Shown: positions 17,311 to 24,984 of the stretch, piece after piece
How the letters are laid out: each line of letters starts with the position of its first letter
Numbering within the stretch: position 1 is the stretch's first letter
NCBI GenBank assembly: GCA_964363345.1
Contig: CAYIHY010000003.1
Span: 1-43,039 of the forward strand
Direction of reading: 5' to 3'
DNA length: 43,039 nt
Source: Candidatus Woesearchaeota archaeon
Lineage (GTDB): Archaea; Nanobdellota; Nanobdellia; Pacearchaeales; GW2011-AR1
Notes under the pieces: generated by a model
Databases searched by the model: none
Seen by the model: only the letters and a program-made list of their open reading frames with translations
Told to the model about the DNA's origin: nothing
Program-made: the position numbers and the translations under genes

Positions 17311-17319
17311 CAAATCAAG

Positions 17320-17355
17320 AAAAACAAAATACAATTTCATTTCATTCAATTGTAT
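17320..17355 (-). terminator. Hairpin plus T-tract immediately downstream of tRNA-Lys
   Basis: ATACAATT (17329-17336) pairs perfectly with AATTGTAT (17348-17355) around an 11-nt loop. TTTTGTTTT follows on the transcribed strand. Confidence 0.45.
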
Positions 17356-17359
17356 AACA

Positions 17360-17434
17360 TGGCCTCGAGGGGATTTGAACCCCCGACACCTGGATTAAAA
17401 GTCCAGTGCTCTAACCAGGCTGAGCTACGAAGCC
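17360..17434 (-). tRNA. tRNA-Lys (anticodon UUU), 75 nt, no intron, CCA not encoded
   Basis: Manual cloverleaf: acceptor GGCTTCG/CGAGGCC, D arm GCTC-AGCCTGGTTA-GAGC, anticodon arm CTGGA-CTTTTAA-TCCAG, T arm GGGGG-TTCAAAT-CCCCT, discriminator A. Confidence 0.93.
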
Positions 17435-17483
17435 GTTGTTTATTTATGGTTTGTAGCGAATGAATGCATTTTAAGCATTTATA

Positions 17484-17538
17484 CTATCTTAGTTTTCTAT
17501 TACATTGTAGCTTTTCTTTTTCTAAAAGAAAAACCCAT
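17484..17538 (-). repeat. Intergenic repeat, short copy (long copy at 2050..2157), upstream of tRNA-Lys
   Basis: The reverse complement reads ATGGGTTTTTCTTTTAGAAAAAGAAAAGCTACAATGTAATAGAAAACTAAGATAG. Confidence 0.8.
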
Positions 17539-17540
17539 GG

Positions 17541-17551
17541 GCTACGAAGCC
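17541..17551 (-). repeat. 11-nt copy of the tRNA-Lys 5' end (GGCTTCGTAGC) 117 nt upstream of the gene
   Basis: GCTACGAAGCC at 17541-17551 is identical to 17424-17434. Confidence 0.7.
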
Positions 17552-17595
17552 ATATCTATTATCTAGAAATATCAATTTAAAAAAGCTTTGGAATT

Positions 17596-17904
17596 TTAGA
17601 TTCTTCCTTTAGCCAAATCATACATTAATCCAAATGGATAATAAAGAGGATTATTCTTTGTTGCATCAACAGTTTTTTGCAGTTTTTCGTTTTGGCTTAA
17701 AAGATATTGGTCAGCAACATTATATTCTTCTGATATTTTATTATTTCTTTCTATTCTTTCTTGAAAATCATTGTATATTTTACCATTTCCAAAAGAAAGG
17801 AATATCCAACTACTAACTAAAAGTCCAAGTATTTTTGCGAGTTTATTTTCCATAATTTTTGATATAAAACTTAATTTACAAAGCCTTGTAAAGTAATAAT
17901 TCAT
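17596..17904 (-). CDS. Hypothetical membrane/secreted protein (102 aa; may start at MENKL, 17853)
   Basis: Hydrophobic N-terminal segment LAKILGLLVSSWIFLSF. The first 17 codons overlap the TATA region of the divergent gene. Confidence 0.45.
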   Translation of the reverse strand: MNYYFTRLCKLSFISKIMENKLAKILGLLVSSWIFLSFGNGKIYNDFQERIERNNKISEEYNVADQYLLSQNEKLQKTVDATKNNPLYYPFGLMYDLAKGRI

Positions 17905-17930
17905 TTAAACTCGAGTTGAATAATTTTTTA

Positions 17931-18500
17931 ATGGAAATAAGTCAATTGTTTTTAATAAAAGAAGAATTACCTATCTTGCATGATAGTTGTTTTCAAATCC
18001 CAATTCATCCTAAACTTCTAGATTCGAGTCTTAGATTAAATCCTTCAATCGCAAAAGATATTTTTTCAAAAGTTGCTGAGGAATGGCGTGATGATTTGAC
18101 AGAATATGCCATTCAAGAAAAAGATTTAGAGAAGAGAGAATGGTATGAACAAGTTTTTCTAAAGAAACATGATAACATTGTAAAGAAAAATTACTCTCAG
18201 TTTTTTGGAATTTGGGAAGATGAAATCAAGTTATCTGATAACGGATTGGTTGTTGGATTTTCAATCAGCCGAAATGCGGGAGGAAGTATGTATTTTAATG
18301 AAAATGAAATTTTTAGCTGTCAGTCTTTTGGTAAACCTTATATCCTATTTTCCGAAGAGAAAGCGAAAGAATTTAAATCTAAAGGAAACAGATTTTTTGT
18401 ATATTCCCCCCATAATATTGATTATTATCCCGGAGCATTATTCTTAAGAAACTGGGCGATTATGTATATGAATGAAGTGCTTAAAGAAGTTTTTAAGTGA
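17931..18500 (+). CDS. Hypothetical protein (189 aa from ATG; ORF track TTG start 17916)
   Basis: Long ORF with TATA-like CATTTAAAC about 25 nt upstream of the ATG at 17931. Confidence 0.55.
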   Translation: MEISQLFLIKEELPILHDSCFQIPIHPKLLDSSLRLNPSIAKDIFSKVAEEWRDDLTEYAIQEKDLEKREWYEQVFLKKHDNIVKKNYSQFFGIWEDEIKLSDNGLVVGFSISRNAGGSMYFNENEIFSCQSFGKPYILFSEEKAKEFKSKGNRFFVYSPHNIDYYPGALFLRNWAIMYMNEVLKEVFK

Positions 18501-18501
18501 T

Positions 18502-18822
18502 TTATAAGAATTTTTTTAACTTACTTTCCAATTCATCTGCATCCATTGCGCCGACGAAATTTTCCACGACTTTTCCATCTTTAAGAAGAACAAAATTTGG
18601 AATTGAACTTACATCAAACTTTCTTGCCAGAGATTCGTTTTCACCGACATTAACTTTTCCGAATTTTATTTTCTTGCCGAATTTTTTGCTAACTTCTTCA
18701 ACAATAGGCCCCATCATAACGCAAGGCATGCACCATTCTGCAAAGAAATCTATGAATACTAAACCCTTTTTTACAAATTCTTCAAATTCTTTTCCTGTAA
18801 GCTCTGCAACACTTTCTGCCAT
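18502..18822 (-). CDS. trxA: Thioredoxin (atypical WCMPC active site)
   Basis: 106 aa. FFAEWCMPC active-site motif within a thioredoxin-fold sequence pattern. Confidence 0.88.
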   Translation of the reverse strand: MAESVAELTGKEFEEFVKKGLVFIDFFAEWCMPCVMMGPIVEEVSKKFGKKIKFGKVNVGENESLARKFDVSSIPNFVLLKDGKVVENFVGAMDADELESKLKKFL

Positions 18823-18840
18823 TGTTATTTACAACCACTA

Positions 18841-18896
18841 GATTTTATAAAAGTTGCGAATTAATCCTCTTTGAGTATAATTATATTTAAAAATAG
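18841..18896. promoter_or_regulatory. Divergent promoter region, trx (minus) / thyA (plus)
   Basis: TTTTATAAAA at 18843-18852 lies 21-30 nt from the trx ATG. TATATTTAAAAATA at 18882-18895 lies 20-33 nt from the thyA ATG. Confidence 0.45.
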
Positions 18897-18914
18897 ATTT
18901 GGTTTATTTTTGTT

Positions 18915-20027
18915 ATGAGGCAATATTTAGATATTGTTGAAAAAATTTTAACAAAAGGGGAATGGAAAGAAAATAGAACTGTAATTGATACTATTGCAAT
19001 TGCAGGAGAGATGTTTGAACATGATATGTCTGAAGGTTTTCCTTTGTTAACCACAAAGAATGTTTCTTTTAAGATGATCTCTTCTGAATTGGAATTTTTT
19101 ATTAGGGGACTTGCAGATAAAAAATGGCTTACTGATAGGAAAAATCACATTTGGGATGAATGGGCAAATCCTGATTCTGTAAAAAAACATATTATTGAAA
19201 AATCTATGCCCCCATATGTTATTGAAGACAAAATAGCAGAATTGGTATCAATCTATCGAGAAAATAATCAAAGAATAATATCTCCAAGTTCAACAGAAAT
19301 TGCTATGAGACCCGAATTTGATGCTCTTTTAAAAGATATAAGATGGAAGGGATATTTTGAAACTTCAACTGAAATATTTTCTATTCAAGATAAAGATACC
19401 AAATGGCGCCTTATGAAAGAACCTGATGATTATTTGATTGATAAACTTAAGAAAATCGCTCAGTTTGTTGAGAGAGATTTAGGCCCGATTTACGGATTTC
19501 AATGGAGACATTGGAATGCAGAATATGATGGATTTGATAAAGATTATTCGGGAAAGGGAACAGATCAATTAGAAAAAATTGTAAATACTTTAAAGAAAAA
19601 TCCCAACGATAGAAGAATGATTGTTTCGGCATGGAATCCCGAACAAATCTCTGAAATGGCTTTGCCTCCTTGTCATTATGGTTTTCAGGTTACAGTTATT
19701 AAAGATAAATTAAATCTTTTATGGAATCAGCGTTCTGTTGATACTATGCTTGGACTTCCATTTAATATTGCAAGTTATGGATTGTTGCTGCATTTATTAG
19801 CAAAAGAATCTGGATTTAAAGAAGGAAAATTAATTGGATTTTTAGGAGATGTGCATATTTATAAAAATCATCTTGAAGGAGCAAAAGAACAATTGAAAAG
19901 AGAGCCATTTAATTTGCCAACGATAAGCACAGAAAATTTTAGTTCAATTTTTGATTGGGAATATACCAATTCTAAACTAGAAAATTATCAAAGTCATCCC
20001 AAGATAGAATTTTCAATTGCAGTTTAA
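18915..20027 (+). CDS. thyA: Thymidylate synthase ThyA with ~100-aa insertion in the small domain
   Basis: 370 aa with RTVIDT, WDEWA, DLGPIYGFQWRHW, DRRMIVSAWNP, catalytic LPPCH and LGLPFNIASY. The stretch between WDEWA and DLGPIYG is about 100 aa, versus 4 aa in E. coli. Confidence 0.93.
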   Translation: MRQYLDIVEKILTKGEWKENRTVIDTIAIAGEMFEHDMSEGFPLLTTKNVSFKMISSELEFFIRGLADKKWLTDRKNHIWDEWANPDSVKKHIIEKSMPPYVIEDKIAELVSIYRENNQRIISPSSTEIAMRPEFDALLKDIRWKGYFETSTEIFSIQDKDTKWRLMKEPDDYLIDKLKKIAQFVERDLGPIYGFQWRHWNAEYDGFDKDYSGKGTDQLEKIVNTLKKNPNDRRMIVSAWNPEQISEMALPPCHYGFQVTVIKDKLNLLWNQRSVDTMLGLPFNIASYGLLLHLLAKESGFKEGKLIGFLGDVHIYKNHLEGAKEQLKREPFNLPTISTENFSSIFDWEYTNSKLENYQSHPKIEFSIAV

Positions 20028-20028
20028 A

Positions 20029-20499
20029 ATGAATCTGACAATAATTGCTGCGATTTCAGAAAATAATGTTATTGGTAACCAGAATAATATTCCTTGGGAA
20101 ATTCCCGAAGATATAAAAAGATTTAGAAATTTAACTTTAAATCATCCAGTAATCGTGGGGAGAAAAACTTTTGAATCTATAATAAAAAAATTAGGCAAAC
20201 CTCTTTCTAAAAGAAAAAATATCGTTTTAACAAACAGTTTAAATGAATTTCAAGGAATTTATACCGCAAGAACAATTAAAGAAGCATTAGAATTAACTGA
20301 AGATAAAGATTCTTATGTTATCGGAGGAAGACAGGTATATGAATTATTCTTACCTCTTGTAAATTGTCTTGAGATTACAAGAGTTCATAAAAATGTGGAA
20401 GGAGATACTTTTTTCCCCGAAGTTAATTGGGAAGGATGGGATTTGATTAATGAACATAAAAAAGCAGATTATTCTTTTCTAACTTATCTGAGAAAATAA
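20029..20499 (+). CDS. folA: Dihydrofolate reductase
   Basis: IIAAISENNVIGNQNNIPW, VIVGRKTFESI and VIGGRQVYE motifs. The ATG at 20029 forms TAAAATG with the thyA stop (ORF track start 20017). Confidence 0.9.
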   Translation: MNLTIIAAISENNVIGNQNNIPWEIPEDIKRFRNLTLNHPVIVGRKTFESIIKKLGKPLSKRKNIVLTNSLNEFQGIYTARTIKEALELTEDKDSYVIGGRQVYELFLPLVNCLEITRVHKNVEGDTFFPEVNWEGWDLINEHKKADYSFLTYLRK

Positions 20500-20512
20500 T
20501 GGTGTTTTGAGA

Positions 20513-21214
20513 TTACATATTTCTAATCCCTGATTTATCAAAAAGATTCTTTATTAATTCATGAAATTCCAAAATTTGATCTTTGGAATATGGCTTCATT
20601 TTTTCAAATTCTTCGTTAATGCAACTCTCTGTGCTGAATTGATGTAAAAAAAATGATTTGTTTACTTTATTCTCTCTCAGGTAGTTAGCTATGCCAAGTA
20701 AATCTTCTTTTTTAATTGAGGGTGAGAGAGTAATGCGAAATTCATATTCTGGAAATTGGGAGACAATAAAAATAGATTTTTTTATTTTTTCAACATCAAT
20801 ATCTGAATTAGTCAACTCTTTATATTTTTCAAAATTTGTTTTTATATCCATTGCTACATAATCGACTAAATTTTTATCTAAAAAAAATTCTTTTAATATT
20901 TCAGGATTTGAACCATTTGTGTCAAGTTTTATTTTAAATCCAAGTTTTTTTATCTCTTCGCATAATTTTACGGTTTCTGAATAAAGTGTTGGCTCCCCGC
21001 CAGAAATAACTACTCCGTCAATAAATTCTTTATTATTACCAAGATACTCCAAAATATATTTCAGTTCAATTGATTTTAAATTCTCTGGATGTAAAACTAA
21101 ATCTTTATTTGAACAATACCCGCATCGGAAATTGCATCCCGAAACAAAAATTACACTTACAACTTTTCCATCCCAATCAACTAAAGAAGTCGGAACAAAT
21201 CCTTTTATTTCCAT
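20513..21214 (-). CDS. nrdG: Anaerobic ribonucleotide reductase activating protein (radical SAM)
   Basis: CNFRCGYC (CxxxCxxC) and GGEP motifs. Lies directly downstream of nrdD. Confidence 0.88.
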   Translation of the reverse strand: MEIKGFVPTSLVDWDGKVVSVIFVSGCNFRCGYCSNKDLVLHPENLKSIELKYILEYLGNNKEFIDGVVISGGEPTLYSETVKLCEEIKKLGFKIKLDTNGSNPEILKEFFLDKNLVDYVAMDIKTNFEKYKELTNSDIDVEKIKKSIFIVSQFPEYEFRITLSPSIKKEDLLGIANYLRENKVNKSFFLHQFSTESCINEEFEKMKPYSKDQILEFHELIKNLFDKSGIRNM

Positions 21215-21223
21215 TTTATTAAT

Positions 21224-23497
21224 TTAATTAATTTCGCAATTACTTAGATTATATCTAAATCGGTCTTTCAATTCTTGTTTTTTTGACGGATTCCATCCCT
21301 CTACTCTTTGATAATATCCCGTGATTCTGCTATATCTGCTTAAATCTTCGCCTCCACAGTTTCCACATTTTGTTTTTAATCCATATTCAAAATTAGAACA
21401 TGGTGCACATACAGAATAATCCCTTGTATATCCAAAAAAACCAATATTTTTTTCACAGATTTTTTTGCTGAGTTCAATTAGACTTTCTGCCGAGGGAGAT
21501 TGTTCTCCAAGCCAGATATGAAGTATATGTCCTCCATTGCTTAAAGGATGATATGCCTGTTCGATATTTATTTTTTCTGGGAGAGGAAAATTTGCATCCA
21601 TCTTTACCATATGGCTATTTGTGTAATACGGAGATTCTTTTGTTCCTGAAAAAACTGCATTCTTTCCAAACTTTCTGATGTCTAATTTTGCAAGTCTTGC
21701 CGCACAGGTCTCTGCAGGAGAGGCAATAACTGAAAATCTTAAATCATATTTCTTTGTACACTCTCCGGCATATTCTCTCATACGAGTTATTACTTTCACT
21801 CCGAAATTTTGCGAATCTTTATTTTCATGGAGATGATACCCGGTATGAACTTTCATTGCTTCTGTTAGTCCAGTATAACCAAATGATTTTGTTGTATTCT
21901 TAAATTTGTAATATTCTTCATTATCAAATTTTTGTGAAAGGAATTTCAAAAGGTTTTCTTTGTGGAGGAGATTATCAGTAATTTTGTGTTTTATAAGAAG
22001 TGTCTCTGCCATTTTAGCAAGTCTTTTATCCAGAAGCTCAAAAAACTTTTCATCATTTCCCCTTGATTCATATGCAATTCTCGGAAGATTTAGAGTTATG
22101 TAAATATCATTTCCTGTTCTCTGGGTTCCCCATGGGCCGTCATAAGCACTATCAAGTCTTGTTCTGCATCCCATATAATTGAAATTTTCTGTCTGCCATT
22201 CGGGCAATCCGTTTGCAAGGTAAGGTGTTCCGAACTTAGCCATGAACTCATGAATTAATTTTATTTCTTCGGGATATTTATAGAATGTATTTTTTCTTAC
22301 TTTATACACATCATTTGGCCACATATGTTGTTTTCCAACGTGGTCTCCTTTAATTTTTATTTTAATATATTCTCTTAAAATTTTAAGCGACTCTTCTTCA
22401 TAATCTCCGTAAACTCCTGCTTCTTTTCCTCCGGGTCCTATTGCAGGCACATTTTTCAACCACTCGGGAATTCCTATTTCCCAATTAAGATTACTGAAAA
22501 CAACCTGCCCCCCCCTTGCAACATAACTTTGATTTAACTCGTAGATAAATTCCTGAACTGCCTGTTTTATTTCTTTGTCTTCGAGCCCCTTTGCAAATGG
22601 CGCAAGCCAAACATTGAAACAGTCTATACTTTGTCCTCCAGCCATTTGTGTTTGTGAAGCAAGCATAATTTTTGCGCAATGTTGTACTGCAACAGAAAGA
22701 TGATTTGCGGGTCCTGCAATTGATGTATGCATGCCGGTGCCATCTACTTTTAAACCATGTTTGAAAAATAATGGGGGGAAATGTTGTATACAGTTTGGTC
22801 TTGTTGCTGCATTTGAAAGAATATGTATATGATAATCTCCTGAGATATGCGAGTCAATTAAATTTTGGGGGAATAATTTCAACATTGCATACTGTTCAAG
22901 AGTTTCTCCAGAGATTATCCAATTTATTGTTTCTGGGGTGTGCTGAAGATTTGCATTTTCCCGTTTTATATCAGTAGAGATTCCATTTGAAATCATCTTT
23001 TCTACATCATAAATTGGTATGCCGATTCTCGTATATTTTTTTCTTGCATCTTCCAACCCATATTCTAAAAGTTTTACGTTCACAATTTCTCTTACAAGAG
23101 AAGAAGACAAGTAAACTAGATTTAATTTTGCAATAAATTTTTCAGTGTCTCTCGCAATCGTATCTGCCTGCTCTTCTTCTATCCCTGTTTCTTTCACAAG
23201 AGACCTCGAAATTTTTACTCTGTCAAAAATTTCAAATTTATCTGAACCAGTTCTTATATAAATTTCATCAGTCTTAAATCTCCTAGAAGATGCCCAATCA
23301 TATTTATGAAGTAGTGTAAAAATAAGTTTTCCAATTTCAGACATAGGGATAGTTAATTTTTCTTCTTCGCTGAGAGTGTAATCAATTTCATTTGCAATTC
23401 TTTCAGCGATCTCAGAGGTTGTTCCTGCCTTTAAACAAATAGAAATAACTTCTGAGTAATTATATCGTTCAATATTAAACCCTCTTTTTTCTTCCAT
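21224..23497 (-). CDS. nrdD: Anaerobic (class III) ribonucleoside-triphosphate reductase
   Basis: C-terminal zinc site CAPC...CGNCG and glycyl-radical motif RITGYY. The ATG at 23497 forms TAAAATG with the nrdR stop (ORF track start 23530). Confidence 0.93.
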   Translation of the reverse strand: MEEKRGFNIERYNYSEVISICLKAGTTSEIAERIANEIDYTLSEEEKLTIPMSEIGKLIFTLLHKYDWASSRRFKTDEIYIRTGSDKFEIFDRVKISRSLVKETGIEEEQADTIARDTEKFIAKLNLVYLSSSLVREIVNVKLLEYGLEDARKKYTRIGIPIYDVEKMISNGISTDIKRENANLQHTPETINWIISGETLEQYAMLKLFPQNLIDSHISGDYHIHILSNAATRPNCIQHFPPLFFKHGLKVDGTGMHTSIAGPANHLSVAVQHCAKIMLASQTQMAGGQSIDCFNVWLAPFAKGLEDKEIKQAVQEFIYELNQSYVARGGQVVFSNLNWEIGIPEWLKNVPAIGPGGKEAGVYGDYEEESLKILREYIKIKIKGDHVGKQHMWPNDVYKVRKNTFYKYPEEIKLIHEFMAKFGTPYLANGLPEWQTENFNYMGCRTRLDSAYDGPWGTQRTGNDIYITLNLPRIAYESRGNDEKFFELLDKRLAKMAETLLIKHKITDNLLHKENLLKFLSQKFDNEEYYKFKNTTKSFGYTGLTEAMKVHTGYHLHENKDSQNFGVKVITRMREYAGECTKKYDLRFSVIASPAETCAARLAKLDIRKFGKNAVFSGTKESPYYTNSHMVKMDANFPLPEKINIEQAYHPLSNGGHILHIWLGEQSPSAESLIELSKKICEKNIGFFGYTRDYSVCAPCSNFEYGLKTKCGNCGGEDLSRYSRITGYYQRVEGWNPSKKQELKDRFRYNLSNCEIN

Positions 23498-23498
23498 T

Positions 23499-23936
23499 TT
23501 ATAATTTCTTAATCTCCTGTTTAAAATCATTTATATCCTGAAAATCTCTATATACTGAAGCGAAGCGGATGTATGCGACGTTGTCAATTTTTTTTATTTT
23601 TTTCATCACAAGTTCTCCCATCTCTGAAGTTTTAATTTCTTTTTTCCCTTTTTTTCTTATTTGTTCTTCTATTTCGTTTATCATTTTGTCAATTTTTTCT
23701 TTTGCTACTGGCCTCTTTTCAAATGCTCTTATTATTCCTCTCTCAAGTTTTTCCCTTTCGAATTTTTCTCTTCTCCCATCTTTCTTAATTACGTACAGAT
23801 CTTCTCGGGAGATTCTCTCATATGTTGTGAATCTTTTCCCACACTTAAGGCACTCGCGTCTTCTTCTTACTCCTTCAGGAGACTCCCTTTTATCGGTCAC
23901 CTTTGATTCTTTATTCAAACAGTATGGGCAATTCAT
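23499..23936 (-). CDS. nrdR: NrdR transcriptional repressor (zinc ribbon plus ATP-cone)
   Basis: MNCPYC...CLKCGKRFTTYE zinc ribbon followed by an ATP-cone-like region (VIKKDGRREKF...). Confidence 0.9.
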   Translation of the reverse strand: MNCPYCLNKESKVTDKRESPEGVRRRRECLKCGKRFTTYERISREDLYVIKKDGRREKFEREKLERGIIRAFEKRPVAKEKIDKMINEIEEQIRKKGKKEIKTSEMGELVMKKIKKIDNVAYIRFASVYRDFQDINDFKQEIKKL

Positions 23937-23955
23937 ATTTTTTTAAAAGAGATAG

Positions 23956-23971
23956 ATACAATATATTGTAT
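23956..23971. promoter_or_regulatory. Candidate NrdR box 1 (perfect 16-bp palindrome ATACAATATATTGTAT) overlapping the nrdR promoter region
   Basis: Perfect palindrome 20-35 nt upstream of the nrdR ATG. It resembles the published NrdR-box consensus acaCwAtATaTwgtgt. Confidence 0.5.
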
Positions 23972-23987
23972 ATCACCCTCTTTTTAG

Positions 23988-24006
23988 GCATACACGTTGT
24001 ATATGC
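23988..24006. promoter_or_regulatory. Candidate NrdR box 2 (imperfect palindrome, core ATACACGTTGTAT)
   Basis: TTGTATAT recurs exactly 31 bp from its copy in box 1 (23966 versus 23997). That matches the ~3-helical-turn spacing of tandem NrdR boxes. Confidence 0.4.
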
Positions 24007-24236
24007 GTGAGAATAAAATAAAATAATGACTATTTAAACATTTATCATTACCAAAATAGAATAACATCAATATACAAGATTTATGAAGGAATAAAGAAAA
24101 CCCCTGTTTTTCTTTATCAATCTATCCTCTGAATTTGGGTCACGCCTGATATTTTTCTAATTTTTGCTAAATTTTTATTTTCTTTTTTTATCCTGCAGAA
24201 CATAATGTTTTTAAATATCAATTCATATATTATATT

Positions 24237-24488
24237 ATGTTTGATTATTTTAATGCGGTGATGAGTCAGTTTGGAATTCCTCCTTGGGCATTTACAATTT
24301 TAATATTAATTATGGTCTGGAGTTCGGTTTGGAAATTATTTGCTTTATGGACTGCAGCGAGAAAAAATTCTGCCATATGGTTTGTTGTTCTTGCTTTGGT
24401 GAATACTGTTGGAATTTTAGAAATTCTTTACATCTTTGTTTTCTCTAAGATGAAGCATGGAAATCCAAGAAGAAAAAGAAGAAGATAG
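24237..24488 (+). CDS. Small two-TM membrane protein (83 aa)
   Basis: Two hydrophobic helices and a basic tail RRKRRR. TATA-like TTTTTAAATAT upstream. Confidence 0.6.
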   Translation: MFDYFNAVMSQFGIPPWAFTILILIMVWSSVWKLFALWTAARKNSAIWFVVLALVNTVGILEILYIFVFSKMKHGNPRRKRRR

Positions 24489-24591
24489 GAAATTTTCTCA
24501 TTACAATTTTTTTTAAAAAATAGTAAAGAAGATAATATTCAGTAGTTATGATACGGAACATTTTTAAACCTCTTTTTATCTAATATTTTTT

Positions 24592-24984
24592 ATGAGAGAG
24601 AGTAAGAAGAAAAGATATAGTCATTTATTGGGCAGTATAGATAGCGGGTATGAATCTCACATTAAAAAGTCTAAAGATGACTTAGATGCCCCCGGTAAAT
24701 ATAGTAACAAATCTGTGAGACAATGTATCGTTGATAGTGCTATGCGCGTAACAACTGATCGTGTTCCATATGATGAGACTCCCGATAAAAAATATGATGC
24801 TCTTTTAGATTATTTAAATAATTATGCGGTATTATCTAAAAAAACGAGATTAAAAATGGAAGATTATTTTAGTCAACCTCCTTCTTTAGCTAAAGAATTC
24901 TCAATTTTTTGTGCCTCTTATTCCTTTGTTAAGAGATTAAGGGCATTACAGAAGAAAACTCTCACTAAACTCATTGAAGATTAA
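24592..24984 (+). CDS. Hypothetical protein (130 aa)
   Basis: ORF preceded by AACATTTTTAAAC (the promoter motif, here on the plus strand) about 25 nt upstream. Confidence 0.55.
   Translation: MRESKKKRYSHLLGSIDSGYESHIKKSKDDLDAPGKYSNKSVRQCIVDSAMRVTTDRVPYDETPDKKYDALLDYLNNYAVLSKKTRLKMEDYFSQPPSLAKEFSIFCASYSFVKRLRALQKKTLTKLIED

Noticed and set aside
17222-17316. Second functional, split, intron-containing or permuted tRNA downstream of tRNA-Lys
   Set aside because: I tried both strands. No 5-bp T-stem with a TTCRANY loop, no D-arm and no matching acceptor strands could be formed. The GATTTGA/TCAAATC hairpin has a 9-nt loop and is not a T-arm. The best reading is a decayed fragment.
19167-19475. 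ThyA insert as an intein or mobile insertion
   Set aside because: There is no Cys/Ser/Thr at the insert start, no His-Asn plus Cys/Ser/Thr at its end, no endonuclease motifs, and about 100 aa is too short. A known variable-insert site of ThyA explains it.
23569-23946. Plus-strand ORFs opposite nrdR (23569..23946, 23661..23906), and similar ones opposite copB, copA, trx, lhr and others
   Set aside because: The opposite strand encodes clearly recognisable proteins. These translations are F/S/L-rich low-complexity sequences.
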